A stretch of DNA of 63,634 nt, the filler included, from Octopus bimaculoides (lineage: Eukaryota), in the NCBI RefSeq assembly GCF_001194135.2. It is 6 parts of 6 records of this genome, joined end to end, with 100 filler letters (N's around TTAATTAATTAA, not from the genome) between each part and the next. Parts side by side here need not be neighbours in the genome. Positions count along the whole stretch, not along the records: positions 1 to 30,225 come from NC_069000.1; 5 more parts are not named here. One strand, written 5' to 3'. Shown piece by piece: positions 12,732 through 25,734 of this stretch. Below the pieces are notes generated by a model. That model worked only from the letters and a program-made list of their open reading frames with translations. It did no database searches and had not been told where the DNA came from. Position 1 is the stretch's first letter, and every line of letters begins with the position of its first letter. A program made the translations under genes and the position numbers.

Positions 12732-12898
12732 AATCTGTTGACATTGTAATATCTCCTGGTGAAGTAATAGCCGGAGGAAAAGAAAAAGTGAAGATCACAT
12801 GTATAGACAAAAAGTACGCCAAAAAAGTATATGCCATAACTATTTCTAAAGATGGTAGAGATATTGTTACCATTGAACCTCCAAAGAAAGCAATCTGG
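12732..12898 (+). CDS. Ig-domain protein, coding exon A (strands A-C', first Cys)
   Basis: TTTTTTCAG| acceptor, phase 1. (E)SVDIVISPGEVIAGGKEKVKITCIDKKYAKKVYAITISKDGRDIVTIEPPKKAIW |GTAATT, phase 0. Not reported in the + strand ORF track. Confidence 0.8.
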
Positions 12899-13371
12899 GT
12901 AATTATATTTATCAATTAATCAAATATAACTGTTGAGCTCTCTCTCTCTCTATCTATCTATCTGTGTAATTGTATATACGTTTATATTTTTTTTGTTCCT
13001 TTGTCGCTCTTACTATTTTCTAGTGTTTTTTCTCTCTCTGTTCTCTACTTATCTCCTCTTTATTCTCCTGGCCACTGTCAGGAAAATGCAATTAATAAAA
13101 TTTATAAAATAAGAAATGTTCCCTACTCAAAAACTTAGAACTTCCCTCTAATCACAACATATATCTTATTTTACTATGATTAATATAACTTTTGAGAGGC
13201 ACTTTCTGTAAAGGTAAAGGTTAATGACCCAGTGATGGATAATTCTGCTTAGAAGTTGTTGATCAATTGACTCTAATTATCTCAACCTGGCTGAAATAGA
13301 TATTGATTTAATTATTGATTGATTGATGACATTGTTGTTGATGATGTTATATATTTCTAATTATTATTTAG

Positions 13372-13549
13372 GTGGATAATGATATATCAAGAAGAGCTTA
13401 CCTAATCAACACCTACATCAGTGCTGGTAATTCAATTGCTACCTTATATGTGACCATCCCTCGTGGCTGGGACACTGGCCTATACAGGTGTACTGTTCAG
13501 AAGACACCACGTCCAGAAACTTCCAGACCAATGGCACTGAAAGTCAATG
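13372..13549 (+). CDS. Ig-domain protein, coding exon B (strands D-G, DxGxYxC)
   Basis: TTTAG| phase 0. VDNDISRRAYLINTYISAGNSIATLYVTIPRGWDTGLYRCTVQKTPRPETSRPMALKVN G|GTAAGT, phase 1. Canonical DTGLYRC motif. Confidence 0.85.
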
Positions 13550-13725
13550 GTAAGTAGACACTAATACAGAATAAATGGTATATTCTCTATGTAAAGAGAA
13601 CAGATATTTCCTAAATAATTAATTATTTAAGAAATATCAGATTAATTATTTTAACACCATCAAGTATCAGATTAAATGAAATACAGAGTTCAACATAGCC
13701 TGGCTAATTTAAACTAATCAAAATT

Positions 13726-13978
13726 GCACCCACTACACTCTCGGAGTGGTTGGCGTTAGGAAGGGCATCCAGCTTTAGAAACTCTGCCAAATCAGATTGG
13801 NNNNNNNNNNTAGGAAGGGCATCCAGCTTTAGAAACTCTGCCAAATCAGATTGGAACCTGCTGTAGCCACCTGGTCCACCAGTCCTCAGTCAAATTGTCC
13901 AACCCATGCTAGCATGGAAAGCGTACGTTAAACGATGATGATGATGACGATGATGATGATGATGATGATGACGACGAC
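13726..13978 (+). mobile_element. Intronic RTE 3' end with (GAT/GAC)n tail; contains a 10-N gap with duplicated overlap
   Basis: Family 3' end sequence. TAGGAAGGGCATCCAGCTTTAGAAACTCTGCCAAATCAGATTGG appears on both sides of 13801-13810. Confidence 0.8.
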
Positions 13979-14158
13979 TATTTAAATTTACCAGATTTGC
14001 ATTACATTAGGAATACCTATTGTAAAATGAAAAAATAAAAATAAAAATGCTGCATCTCTTGATGTAGTGTGAACATAATGATTACTAGGTATGAGACACA
14101 AATTAGAAATAACAGTTTGTATTTTCAAAATGATAAAGACAAATAAAAATTTTTGCAG

Positions 14159-14238
14159 GATCCAGTCTACCTCGAATGGATATGATGTTGGTACTTTTAG
14201 TTGCTGCAAATATGGTATATTCTGTAATGCAAAGTTAA
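14159..14238 (+). CDS. Ig-domain protein, last coding exon: GPI-anchor-like C-terminal signal
   Basis: TTTTTGCAG| phase 1. (G)SSLPRMDMMLVLLVAANMVYSVMQS*: small residues, a spacer and a hydrophobic tail with no cytoplasmic domain. Strong donor GTAAGT at 14243. Confidence 0.7.
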
Positions 14239-14332
14239 ATATGTAAGTTTGAGAGTTTTTGTTTTGTTTTTAATTCTTTAAAATTTTAAATTTATTTTAT
14301 TATATACTTCTGTTAGATATTGCCTCTTTCAG

Positions 14333-14600
14333 ATGAATTTACTTAAGTTAGACATACTGAAATCCTCGAATTCACCTTTTGAACAGATATATATATTGAG
14401 TATAGTATTCACTTTTGTTATTGTTGTTTTAAAATTGTTGCTGTTATGAGGCAATGCTGAAAAGTTCTTGGCTTTAAGGGTATCATGAAAGTTTCTGGTT
14501 GGAGACCCAACCTTCAGATTTCTTTTATAGGGCTTAGAAAAACTGAAGAACAACTGCAATAAGTGTATGGATCTGAGAGGGGAATATGTTGAATAAAATC
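14333..14600 (+). other. Probable 3'UTR exon of the Ig gene
   Basis: 90-nt GTAAGT..CTCTTTCAG intron (14243-14332). AATAAA at 14592-14597. The end coordinate is a guess. Confidence 0.5.
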
Positions 14601-15515
14601 ATAATTAACTCATCCTCCTGTATTTTCATTAATCCAAAGTCAGGAACTTAGCATCCCCTTATACAATTGTTTTTATTGTTAAGTTTTTCTGCTCAGGTTG
14701 ATAGATGAAGGCAGATAATTAAAGAATAACTCACTAAACATTTTCCCATTAGAATAAGGTATATTGTCCTTACAGTTCAAACTTAAATACATAAAAGATT
14801 AGTAAGTTCACTGTGAAAGGTTTAGCAGTACAAAGGTGATCAGTTTGAGTGATAATGTAGATTTCTTGTTGGCTCATCAATACCACACTTAAATGAATGA
14901 AATAAATACCAAACTGTTATGTCTTAACGCTACTGCTATCTAGCACCTTCGGATGATCTCTACTCAATAGTTTCATTGATCAAGCAAATTAAACATTGAT
15001 TTGTCAAAACAAATGTGAGGTATATCATTATATTTTTGTATTAGCTTTTACTATCCCAAGCCAGTTGAAAAGATGAAATTAATAGTCTGTGTAAACTCAT
15101 ATTAAACCACATTTATTAAATATTTGCAATTTATTCTTTTAAAAAGTTATTAAAATAATTCCTTACTATTATATATTTTTGTTTTATTTATTACAGTTTT
15201 CTTTCAACATCATTAACGAGACTGATTAGCTCCAGGGGATCTAAACAATGAAATTAAAACACTCCAACATACATGCAAATGTACACAGAATACAAATAAA
15301 ATCCATTGACAAACTATTAAACGTTCCTGACAGCAAAATCTAATCATCTGTCTGTTGATAGCATTTTTGCTACATAATGCTATATTGTTCAGCTGGGATT
15401 GTAGATTGGAATACCAGAGAAGAATTTGAATGAAAGAAAAGAGTAAAAGTAGGCTTTGTGTATTGCTGTCATCAGCACCAATTAGCTCTTTGCCTGTTGT
15501 GATAATAATAATAAT

Positions 15516-15553
<38 letters not shown>

Positions 15554-15678
15554 ACTTTAGAGCAATTATTAACAGTCAGTTGTTAAATTGTTTCAATGGC
15601 TTGTGAAACACAACACTAGCTCAGTTACATCTTAAAAATTCTTTAATACCTCGGTTATAGCAATTTGCTTTTGTTGAT

Positions 15679-15711
<33 letters not shown>

Positions 15712-16346
15712 ATATGTATGTATATATNNNNNNNNNNNNNNNNNNNNNNNNNNNNNNNNNNNNNNNNNNNNNNNNNNNNNNNNNNNNNNNNNNNNNNNNN
15801 NNNNNNNNNNNNNNNNNNNNNNNNNNNNNNNNNNNNNNNNNNNNNNNNNNNNNNNNNNNNNNNNNNNNNNNNNNNNNNNNNNNNNNNNNNNNNNNNNNNN
15901 NNNNNNNNNNNNNNNNNNNNNNNNNNNNNNNNNNNNNNNNNNNNNNNNNNNNNNNNNNNNNNNNNNNNNNNNNNNNNNNNNNNNNNNNNNNNNNNNNNNN
16001 NNNNNNNNNNNNNNNNNNNNNNNNNNNNNNNNNNNNNNNNNNNNNNNNNNNNNNNNNNNNNNNNNNNNNNNNNNNNNNNNNNNNNNNNNNNNNNNNNNNN
16101 NNNNNNNNNNNNNNNNNNNNNNNNNNNNNNNNNNNNNNNNNNNNNNNNNNNNNNNNNNNNNNNNNNNNNNNNNNNNNNNNNNNNNNNNNNNNNNNNNNNN
16201 NNNNNNNNNNNNNNNNNNNTATTTCTTTTGTGTCTATTTAATGTCACCGAAAACAATTTCAGTTACGGTCACAGGACAAGACAAATGTTTAGGTTATTTT
16301 TCAACACAACTTCAATGTAAAAACGTTTTGTGAACAGAAAACACAG

Positions 16347-16396
<50 letters not shown>

Positions 16397-17171
16397 GCAC
16401 ATATACATGTGTGCATGTATACATTATCATTTTGTTTTTATGTTCACTTTCCATGCTAGAATGAGTTCGACAGATCAACAGGATCTAAAAGGTTTCAGTT
16501 TTGGCTTGGTTTCTATGATTGACTGTCTTTCCTAATACCAACTACTTTACAGAGTGTACTAGGTGTATTCTTTATAGCACCAGCATTATAGAAGTTGTCT
16601 TGCCTTCAGCAAGACTAAAGAGTTTTCTCAGCCCTGTGTTGTCTCTGTTCAGCTCACAAAGCAGTTTATAAAGTATATTGGGTGCTTTTCTTCATGCCAC
16701 CAGGATCAGTGAGGTCACTTTGTAGCTTACAAGGTCAAACAGCCTCCAAGATTGAAAGAGGGGATAGGGGAGAGAGTGATAACTCTAAGCGAGATGTTGA
16801 GAGAAACTACAGGAATGAATTTATTGTTGTGAGAAGGGAGTTGTGGAGGGATTAAAAAAAAAGACAGTGTTGCAGAATAATAACGAAAAGAACAGAAGGG
16901 AAGGAAAGAATAGTGTAGGGTTTAGTGTGAAAGACAGAAGATGATGAGTAGGAAGGACCCACTGCTATTACAAGTTATACATGTTATCACCATACGTTCA
17001 CACATACATAAAACACAAGACCATCTGGTTTTTAAGATGAACAATTTCACCTTCAGGTTGCTTAAAAGATCATTAAGTATTAACATATGTGTATTAGAGG
17101 AACACAATGTTTTTAAATGTTTCTGCTAAGACTAATAATCTTAGAAAAAGTTAATCAGCTTATGCATATAC

Positions 17172-17218
<47 letters not shown>

Positions 17219-17223
17219 TTCCG

Positions 17224-17254
<31 letters not shown>

Positions 17255-17477
17255 CTGTATATATAAAGGTATCGTTTACATATGTTGCTTATCTTATCTG
17301 AGGTTACATAAAATTATGTGAAATTAATAATTCATGTGGTACTTTATAGCAATAAGTAGAATCATAAACAAACAAAAGATATTTTCTCAATAAATGAATA
17401 TATAATCTCATCAAAAACTAGGTTTCTTATATAATCTCATAAAATATTTAGGTTTCAGATCTAATCTTATAACTCAG

Positions 17478-17720
17478 ACACAGATATAGCTGTGTGGTTA
17501 GAGAGATTGCTTTGTCAACACATGATTTGGTGTTCAATCCCACTGTGCAGCACATTGGGCAAATGTTCTTTTCTGCTTCTTTTGAATAAACCAAAATCTT
17601 ATGAAAGTAGTAGATGTGATTGCTAACTAAGATGTTTACTTTGAAACATGGTCTTGGATTTGATCCCATTGCACAGTGCTTTGAACAAATGTCTGCTAAT
17701 ATAGCCTCTGACTGACCAAA
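17478..17720 (+). mobile_element. Degenerate S2 SINE heads
   Basis: TAGCTGTGTGGTTAGAGAG..GTGTTCAATCCCACTGTGCAGCACATTGGGCAAATG, then a second GATTTGATCCCATTGCACAGTGCTTTGAACAAATG. Confidence 0.5.
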
Positions 17721-20024
17721 TCTTTATGAATTAAATTTGGTACCTGGAAACATTGTGGAAACTCATCAGCAGGGCCATTGTTGTCTTTGAATGGCAGATT
17801 TAATTGTGTATGATATGTTATGGCACAACCGTTTTGGCACTGCCTAATTGAAAGTTGAACATTAATGATTATATTGAATTTAAAATCAGACATGCCAATG
17901 ACACCAGATCTTTCTGCTCAATTTCCAATGCAAGGTTACATAGAAGGGATCCATTTACCCTATTTCTGTAGCAAAATGGCCAGCAGGGATCTATTTGGAT
18001 ACTGTGAATCACCCCTTCTTGCTACAGCCAAAGCTACCTAAATACAAAATTAACTTTCCACTGCTATATCTACACCTAGTCTTCAATGTTTCCAAAATAT
18101 ATCAACCTATCAAGTCACACAGCACAGCACTCACAAAACTTCCCATGCTGCCTCTGAACAGTCCATCACTATTCTTCCTCACTTATTGCCAAATCACCAT
18201 TAAAGAGACAGGAATTTCTGGAATTCATTATGAATCTAAACACATTTTTCTTGACAGTGATGAACTTTCAACTAAATTTTGTCTTTTCAAAAGGAAAGAC
18301 TTCAAAATTGACAAGACAATACCAAACTGCATAAACGTGCATATTACTTTATGTAAGAAGTTCTACAACCTCTCCATAGCAGTAGTATTATTTTGCAACT
18401 GGTTGAAATTTGTAAATTTGCATTTAGAGTTTGTCTACAATTTCTCTTAAGCATTTTCAACATAACACAAGGGTTACTTTTCTCCATACATTCCAGCCTA
18501 TGTTTAAGGTAAAATTCAAATACTATAATTATGGCTCCAATTTGCTTGATTCCACTGCATGGCATCATGGGAAAGTGTCTTCTGCCATAGCCTTGAGTTG
18601 ACCAATGCTTTGTGAGTGAAATTTAGTTGACAAAAACTGTGCAGAAGCCTGTCAGGTATGTATGTTTTTTTTCTTTGGGATTTATTTTAAGTTTATTCCT
18701 TCGCAGAATTCAAGTCAGTCACTAACAAACTGACAAGGCTCTTTTGTTTAAAATCAAGACAGCTCTTGGGGTTGGTGGATATCTGAATTGGTTGGTATGT
18801 GCATGTATGTGTGTATTTGGATAAAGTTGCACTAATGTAGAGTGTGCATATCACTTTAGAACATAGGCATTATCTTTTATCTTTTACTTGTTTCAGTGAT
18901 GTGTCAGAATGGTAACTGAGTCAAATGATAAAATAAATGCCAGACTAAAATAAGTGCTAGAATTACTATGAACGCAGTAAAATCCCTGAATGTAGTGCTC
19001 TAGCTTGGCCACAGCCCAATAAGTGGAACCAGTGAAATAAAAGAATAAAAATTCAAGAAATATGTATAAAAACATGCTGATGGGTGAGAAATGTCTATAT
19101 TTTCACTGTTTGAAAACTCGGTCACTGAATATTGTCTAACAGTTGCATAGTCTACAAAGAACCATTTACTATCATCATCATCATTGCCACTGCCAACATT
19201 TGCCTCTTTATAGATATTTGCATGGGCTAGTACCCTCTACATTAAAGTTTTTGAGAAATTACTAAAGAAAGTAAGGACTTATGTAACAAAATTATCTTGG
19301 ACTTTGGTGCATCATCAGACATATTCTTACTCATTGATAACACAATGTTTTATTCATATATTTTAATCCTTACACAAAATTTTCTTTTGAAAATGGATTT
19401 AAAATATAACTTTTGTATTTGGTTTAAATATTTTATTTCTAAGAAATATAATTTCACTAAACACTAGTGTCTCCTTGACATTTGCTGTTCTTTTGAGAGC
19501 TTATGATGCCCTAAGGAAATGCTGCTGCCCAGGTTGTGAGCAACTGTGTTAGAAAAACAAATAAAAAAAGGAAATAAAATGGAAATGAAAAAAAAAAATG
19601 TATGATGTTGATATGATTTGTCTTGTTCAGTTTTTATAAGAAGGAATGGAGATCAAACATAAAATATTCAGTGAAACAACACTTGGCAAAGACTTAACAT
19701 ATGACAAGAAACATTTCCAGGGAAAACACCAGCAGCCAGCAAAGATGTCTTGACTTCAAGCTAATGAAGGTTAATTTGGAAAGCGAAACAAAAAAAAAAA
19801 AAAACTTATTCAATACTGATGCTATTATTGGATTAGAATTAAATCAGGAACTGCCTTTGTTCCAATTTTAAATACTAGTAGAAATATATTTCAGTCTGAA
19901 AGAATACACTGGGAAATTCAGTTGTAGCTGACTGCTGGTGCTACTGGTGGTGATGGTGGCAAGATAGCCAAGTGAGTAAGTGACATATACACATCTTCAG
20001 GAGATTTTAACATATATTCAGCCA

Positions 20025-20101
20025 TTACTCCCCTGGCTTGTTCACATGCTGCGGTTTTTCACGTAATGGCACTGGACGACGAAACAGCAATACATGAGGT
20101 T
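20025..20101 (-). CDS. CKS1: Cyclin-dependent kinase regulatory subunit Cks1, last coding exon
   Basis: TTTCCATAG|AA CCT CAT GTA: (E)PHVLLFRRPVPLREKPQHVNKPGE*, the conserved EPHILLFRRP motif. Confidence 0.96.
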
Positions 20102-21292
20102 CTATGGAAATATAACAGTAAAGAAAATTATTAAATGAACACACATGCATTATTAGCATACATATACAAACATACATCCACCCACATATGTATATGAGTA
20201 CCTTTTTTTAAATATCAATCTCACTTTTAACAAAATTATTTTCCTAGACCATTTACACTCAGTGGAAACTGATGAGCAAAAGGGGACATGCCATGGATTA
20301 GATATAGGCAATAATAATGTCATAAATTGGAAATCCCACAGCAATATACAATTGTCAACCTAAAAGTGTTTAAAATGTTGAGATTTATGAATCACTAGTT
20401 TCACAATGTAAAAGTAATTGGACTATCAAGGATAGCTGCAGTGAGGCTAAAATTATCTAGCAAAGTAGGGCGGGTGCTATTCAACTGCATTGTCAGTTAC
20501 ACAAAACTACTATTAGACCACCTCCTGATTTATGATCAGACTACTGTCTTGTTTAATCAGTTATCCCAAAAACAAGAATTATCTGCTGTGCTGACGTCTC
20601 AAAACAGCTCATCTAAGACTTACATTAGCGTGATGCTCACATCAGCAGAACAGTGCTACTGCTGCAGCACACATACACACTAAGAGCATAGATCACATTC
20701 AAAAGAAAACCATATCAATATGCTTCAATCCCTAGTTCACATGCTGCATCATTTTACTCCCTCTTCTACCACTATTACAGTGGCCTCTACTCTTCCAAAC
20801 TAGCTAGTTGTACACTCTCACACACTCATCTTTCTATCACCTCCCTCTCTCAAGACCACTTGACCTATATGTCACTCATCCTCTTGTCACCTCCTTGATC
20901 CATACTAAATATTTATTCAATCCATAATTCTCAGAACTGCAACCACTGGGATTCTGCCCTTGCCTACACTATAACCCTCAACCTACATGTATCTAAACTG
21001 AATACATTCAACTGATTTCACCTGTCTAAGAAGGCTAACAAGGGCTATGGGCACCACACTTTCTCCTTTCACTAACCCACAATTTTAATAATAAAAAAAA
21101 AAAAAAAGAACCAGTCAGTTGATTAAATAATTAAATTAGATACTTAATTGAGATGAACAATAAATCTTAATGGTAATCAACATATAAGATATCTTCTGAC
21201 TAACACAGTAATTGTTTGTAGTATAAAGTAAATAGCTAAATTATTAAAGGAGGAAATAAGGAGTATGAAATTTTGAAGACAGTAACACAAAC

Positions 21293-21420
21293 CTGGAGAA
21301 TGCACCATGTAATGAATCCAACCTGGAGATTGCTGCACTCCAAGGTTACGCCATTCAGTCTCTGTCATTAAGTGGTTTTTGGGCACAAGTTTTGCAATAT
21401 CACTGGGTAAGATTACATGT
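21293..21420 (-). CDS. CKS1: Cks1, middle coding exon (128 bp)
   Basis: TTTTTCAG| (R)[42 protein letters not shown](E) |GT. Phases 2/1 match the neighbouring exons. Confidence 0.98.
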
Positions 21421-21774
21421 CTGAAAAAAGGGGAAGAAGAATTAAAAGTGGGTTGTATTGTTATACAGTATACATCATCACCATCATCATCATCATCATT
21501 GTTTTCATTGCCCCCTTTTCTATGCTTGCATGGGTTAGAGTTTACTGAAGCAGATTTTCTACAGCCAGACTCACCTTTCTGTCACCAACCCATATCGGTT
21601 TTCCAGAATTCTGGAAATGAAGGAATGTTTGTGTGACAATGATACTTATTTACAACCATCATGTGTATGTCTGTGTGTTTTTTTTATCTGTTACTAGTTT
21701 CAATCATTAGACTGCGGCCATGCTAAGGCACCAGCCTTGGAGAATTTTCTAGTTGACTGAATTGACCCAAGTAC

Positions 21775-22012
21775 TTATGCTGGTGACACATAAAAGGCAT
21801 TCATGCTGGTGATACGTAAAAGGCATCCATGCTGGTGATACATAAAAGGCACTTGTGCCAGTGACACATAAAAGACACCCAGTACACTCTGTAGAGCGTT
21901 TGGCACCAGGAAAGGCATCCAGCCACCTGGTGCAGCTCTCTAGTTACTATACTAGCTCTGGTCAAATCAACTAACCCATGCCAGCATGGAAAACGGACAT
22001 TAAATGATGATA
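21775..22012 (+). mobile_element. RTE-3'-end-related repeat with four ~26-bp internal units, in a Cks1 intron
   Basis: TGCTGGTGAYACRTAAAAGGCA repeated four times, then the family 3' end ..CCCATGCCAGCATGGAAAACGGACATTAAATGATGAT. Confidence 0.65.
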
Positions 22013-22470
22013 TATCCCTCTGTTAGGTTGTTTGATCAGACACTTGCCCAACTAGGTAATGTAACATGTATGTGGTTACATATTTCTCAAACATGTGTAA
22101 CATTAGCATAATTCCCAAGCTGATTCAGAGCGACACAAGGGTTACAGGTACTTAACTTGAGGTCGAACCTTTAAGTCACAGGTGGAGTCCATCTGTTAGG
22201 CTTCCAGTCAGTTTTGGGTACCTAATTTCATGCATGCATACATTGCATGTATGCATTATTCAAGTGTCAATAATTCTGTATCAATCATCAGATATTACTA
22301 CTGTTTATCCAACTGTAGAGCATCTTTAAGAATCCTTAAGAATTCAAGCATTCAACTTGGTCATTTTTATCCCACAAGAGCATAGTATTTGAAATGCAAA
22401 CAATGAACTATAAGCATTACTGCTAGATTAAGGATATTTTGAAAGTAAATGGTAATTGTACTTATCCAAC

Positions 22471-22529
22471 CTGTATTCATATTTATCATCGTAGTATCTC
22501 TCAGAGTAGGAAATCTGATCCGCTGGCAT
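22471..22529 (-). CDS. CKS1: Cks1, first coding exon (59 bp)
   Basis: ACAAA-ATG. MPADQISYSERYYDDKYEY(R) AG|GT. Total CDS 59+128+77 = 264 nt = 87 aa + stop. Confidence 0.96.
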
Positions 22530-24857
22530 TTTGTTCNNNNNNNNNNNNNNNNNNNNNNNNNNNNNNNNNNNNNNNNNNNNNAAAAAAAAAAAACAAAAAA
22601 AAATTTCAACAAAATATTTAATACAAATCGATCAATCAATAAATATAAATTAAAAAACACAATATTTTACCATAAGTTGTACAAAACAGATTAAGAGAAA
22701 ATTTCAATAAGGATTGTTAATTGTCCTATTCCCTCTCCCTGATCTACATGTCTGAGCTCTGAATACTTTCTACATTGCCCTATATATAAGATAATATCCT
22801 TTCTGTACTGGTGTCAGCTGACTACTCACACTCCCTTGAAGTGACAGGCAAGTAAGATAATCTCTTTAGTACTGGAACCACAAAATGCACCCAGCATCTT
22901 TGTAAAGTAGTTGGCAAACTGAACAGAGAATGCATAGAGTTATAAGATCCCTTTATTCAACTTCTCTAATGTTAGTGCCACAAAAGTGCACCCACTACAC
23001 TCTATAAAGTGGTTAGTGATAGAAAGAGCATCTAATCATATAAACTAAGCCAAACAACAAGTACGAGCATCAGTCTATGGAAGCAGCAGCTTCCAATAGG
23101 AGATAATTATTATGATAATGATGAATTTAATTGAAATATTAACTTGACTGAACAGAAACAACTCCATTTGATGTGGGATCACCATGTTGCACACATATGG
23201 TTGTGATGCATGTGCCTGGTATTCCCTTATCAGACAGGTAGTCATGATGGGTATACTTGGCTTCGTATATTTTATCCCAGTGTCACTTTGATGACATGCA
23301 CTGCTCTCTCACTCAATAATAATAATAATGACAATAATATAGTATATTCTGCAAGCTGGCAGAATCAATATTATGCTGGAGAAAATGCTTAGTGGCATGT
23401 CTTCTGGTTCTTTACATTCTGAATTCAAATGCTACCAAGGCTGACTTTGCCTTTCTTCCTTCCAGGGTCGATAAAATATATTATTATTTTAATGAATGAA
23501 GCTTAATCAAGTGAACTAAGAATATTTCAGGCATGGCAACTTTGAATATGCAATTGCATATTCAAGTTTGATCCCACTGCACAACACTTTGAGCAAGCAT
23601 CTATCATAGCCTTGGATTGACAAAGCCTGGTGAGTAAAATTTATTGGATGGAAACTGTGAAAATCTGTTACGGACATCATTTCTGTTCTTCAGTGATAGA
23701 TTTAATCTGTCACCCAATTTAACACCAATATCTAACTTTGGATTCCTTTAGTAGACTCTGCTCTATCGCAAGTATTTAGGCCAGCCTCTTTTCTTCCTGC
23801 CATCAATGTTATAAGTCCTGAAAATGGCCATAGGTGCTGTCCTTCTTCCTCTAAGTTATTAAAAAACAGAGGTGAAGACTAAAACCAGAGGCTGCTGAGC
23901 CATTCACCACGTAGTCACAAGCATAAAACTCTTATTACTCAAACTAATGTTTTAACACAGTGCAAGGTACATAACTCTGCCGGTTTCAGTTAGTCTCCGT
24001 AAACAAAAGGTTCTGCAACCACACCACACCACATGTGATTGGCTAACAGTAGAAATGCTATCAATTGTTCAAATGTTGATACATATACATTAAAAAAAAC
24101 CCATCCAACTCATACCAGTATGAAAGAACTAACAAAAAACTACTTGTAAAAACATCTTGACAAGTATTTCTCAAATTTCTACTGGCTGTAAATGCATTAG
24201 AATTGCTCCCAAGTCTGCATCAAAATGGAATTTATGGTTATGATGAAAGAGTGGATATATGTATTTTCTAACCATTTTTAATAAAACAGAATTATCAGAT
24301 ATATCACAATTTAATCTGTTCAGTTTCATATCATCTACAGTTTCACATCATATACATATGAAGGGACATGGCCAAGTAGTTAGGATGTTGAAGTCATGAT
24401 CATAAGGTCATTGGTTTGATTGCCAGACCAGGTGGAGCATTGTGTGCAGCAGCATTACACTCCATTTCATGTTGCTTTAGTTGAGTGGACTGGCTTCTTG
24501 TCAAGAGGAAAGTTACTATCAGTTGCCTAACACATTAGAAAACAAGAGTGTCAGCTTAATGAGCCTGTAGGCTCAAGACAGACTTTAACATAGATGTGTG
24601 CATGTCTATCAACATCTACTCTTCCATGCTTGAATGGGGCAGACAGAATTTATTAAGTCAGAATCCTTCCTGTTGCCAGCCCTCATCTGTTTCCAAGCAA
24701 AGTAATATTTTTTTGATGGCCAGACATGATTTTCATAGAGTACAAGGTGCAATGGGTAAATTGTCACCATTTTATCTTTTTAATTTCGTGCATGTGCATA
24801 GTTTATTTTTGATTTTGTCGACTACACAGTATAGAAGGGTCAGATAAAAATCAAACA

Positions 24858-25455
24858 TCTAGTCAACACCATGGTCTTTCGAGTGATCACTGGTGATGGC
24901 AACATTATGCCTCCATTCATCTTCCCACACAGCCTCAGACTCAACATGGAGGCCTACATCAAGTGCCTGGAGGAGGTAGTGCTGCCCTGAGTCAAGAGGG
25001 TGGCTGCTGGAAGACCCTATATCTGGCAAGAGGACTCTGCACCATGCCACACAAGCAAGACAACCAAGTCATGGCTGTCAGACAATTTCTGCGACCACAT
25101 TACCTCTCACATCTGACCACCTAACTCCCCAGACTGCAACCCCCTTGATTATTATGTGTGGAGTGCAGTTGAGCAAGAGACCAACAAAACCCCTTGTAAC
25201 TCCAAAGATGAACTTAAGGCAAGGATTATGGCAGCATTGACCAACTTAGATAAGGAGACCATCCAGAAGAGTTGCAGGAGATTCTGAAGTTGTCTGGATG
25301 CCATGGTTGAAGCAAATGGCGATTTTATTGAATAAATTTACTCTTTAGTATTTCAAGATATTTTTATGTAATCTTGGTAAATATATCTGTTAAAATGAGA
25401 TGTCAGTGTTATTTTCATTTTTGCGTATTTAAATGACATATTCACTGCACTGTGT
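24858..25455 (+). mobile_element. Tc1/mariner superfamily, DD37D (maT-type) transposase pseudogene, 3' half
   Basis: 24871-25335: MVFRVITGDGNIMPPFIFP..IWQEDSAPCHT..I*PPNSPDCNPLDYYVWSAVE..MVEANGDFIE*. 37 residues separate the second and third catalytic Asp. Three in-frame stops. Confidence 0.85.
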
Positions 25456-25734
25456 GTGTGTGTGTATTCAGATGCACATACATAGCACTATCCTATAATT
25501 AAGGGATTCAAGCAACAAAAACTTGCAATAAGAAATAAAGGTGTTAATCCAAACCCAGCCCAAAGATATGTAAATACATAGCACTTGAAGATGACTGGAC
25601 GCTAAGTCATTGTATACCAGGCAAGTACATGAAAGATGACCATGGTTGACAATAGAATTTAAATTATTATTTCACCATTGAACTTTTATTCATCAATTGA
25701 TTCAGTTGAGTAATAGGAACCAAGACATAATTTT

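Noticed and set aside
13760-13855. Apparent tandem duplication inside an RTE end
   Set aside because: Identical sequence on both sides of a 10-N gap; typical unmerged contig overlap.
17995-18450. 151-aa open frame on + strand
   Set aside because: No recognisable motif or splice framing; non-ATG start; may be a decayed TE or chance.
23542-23565. Perfect 24-bp palindrome TTGAATATGCAATTGCATATTCAA
   Set aside because: Lies within a decayed SINE head; most simply a local template-switch mutation.
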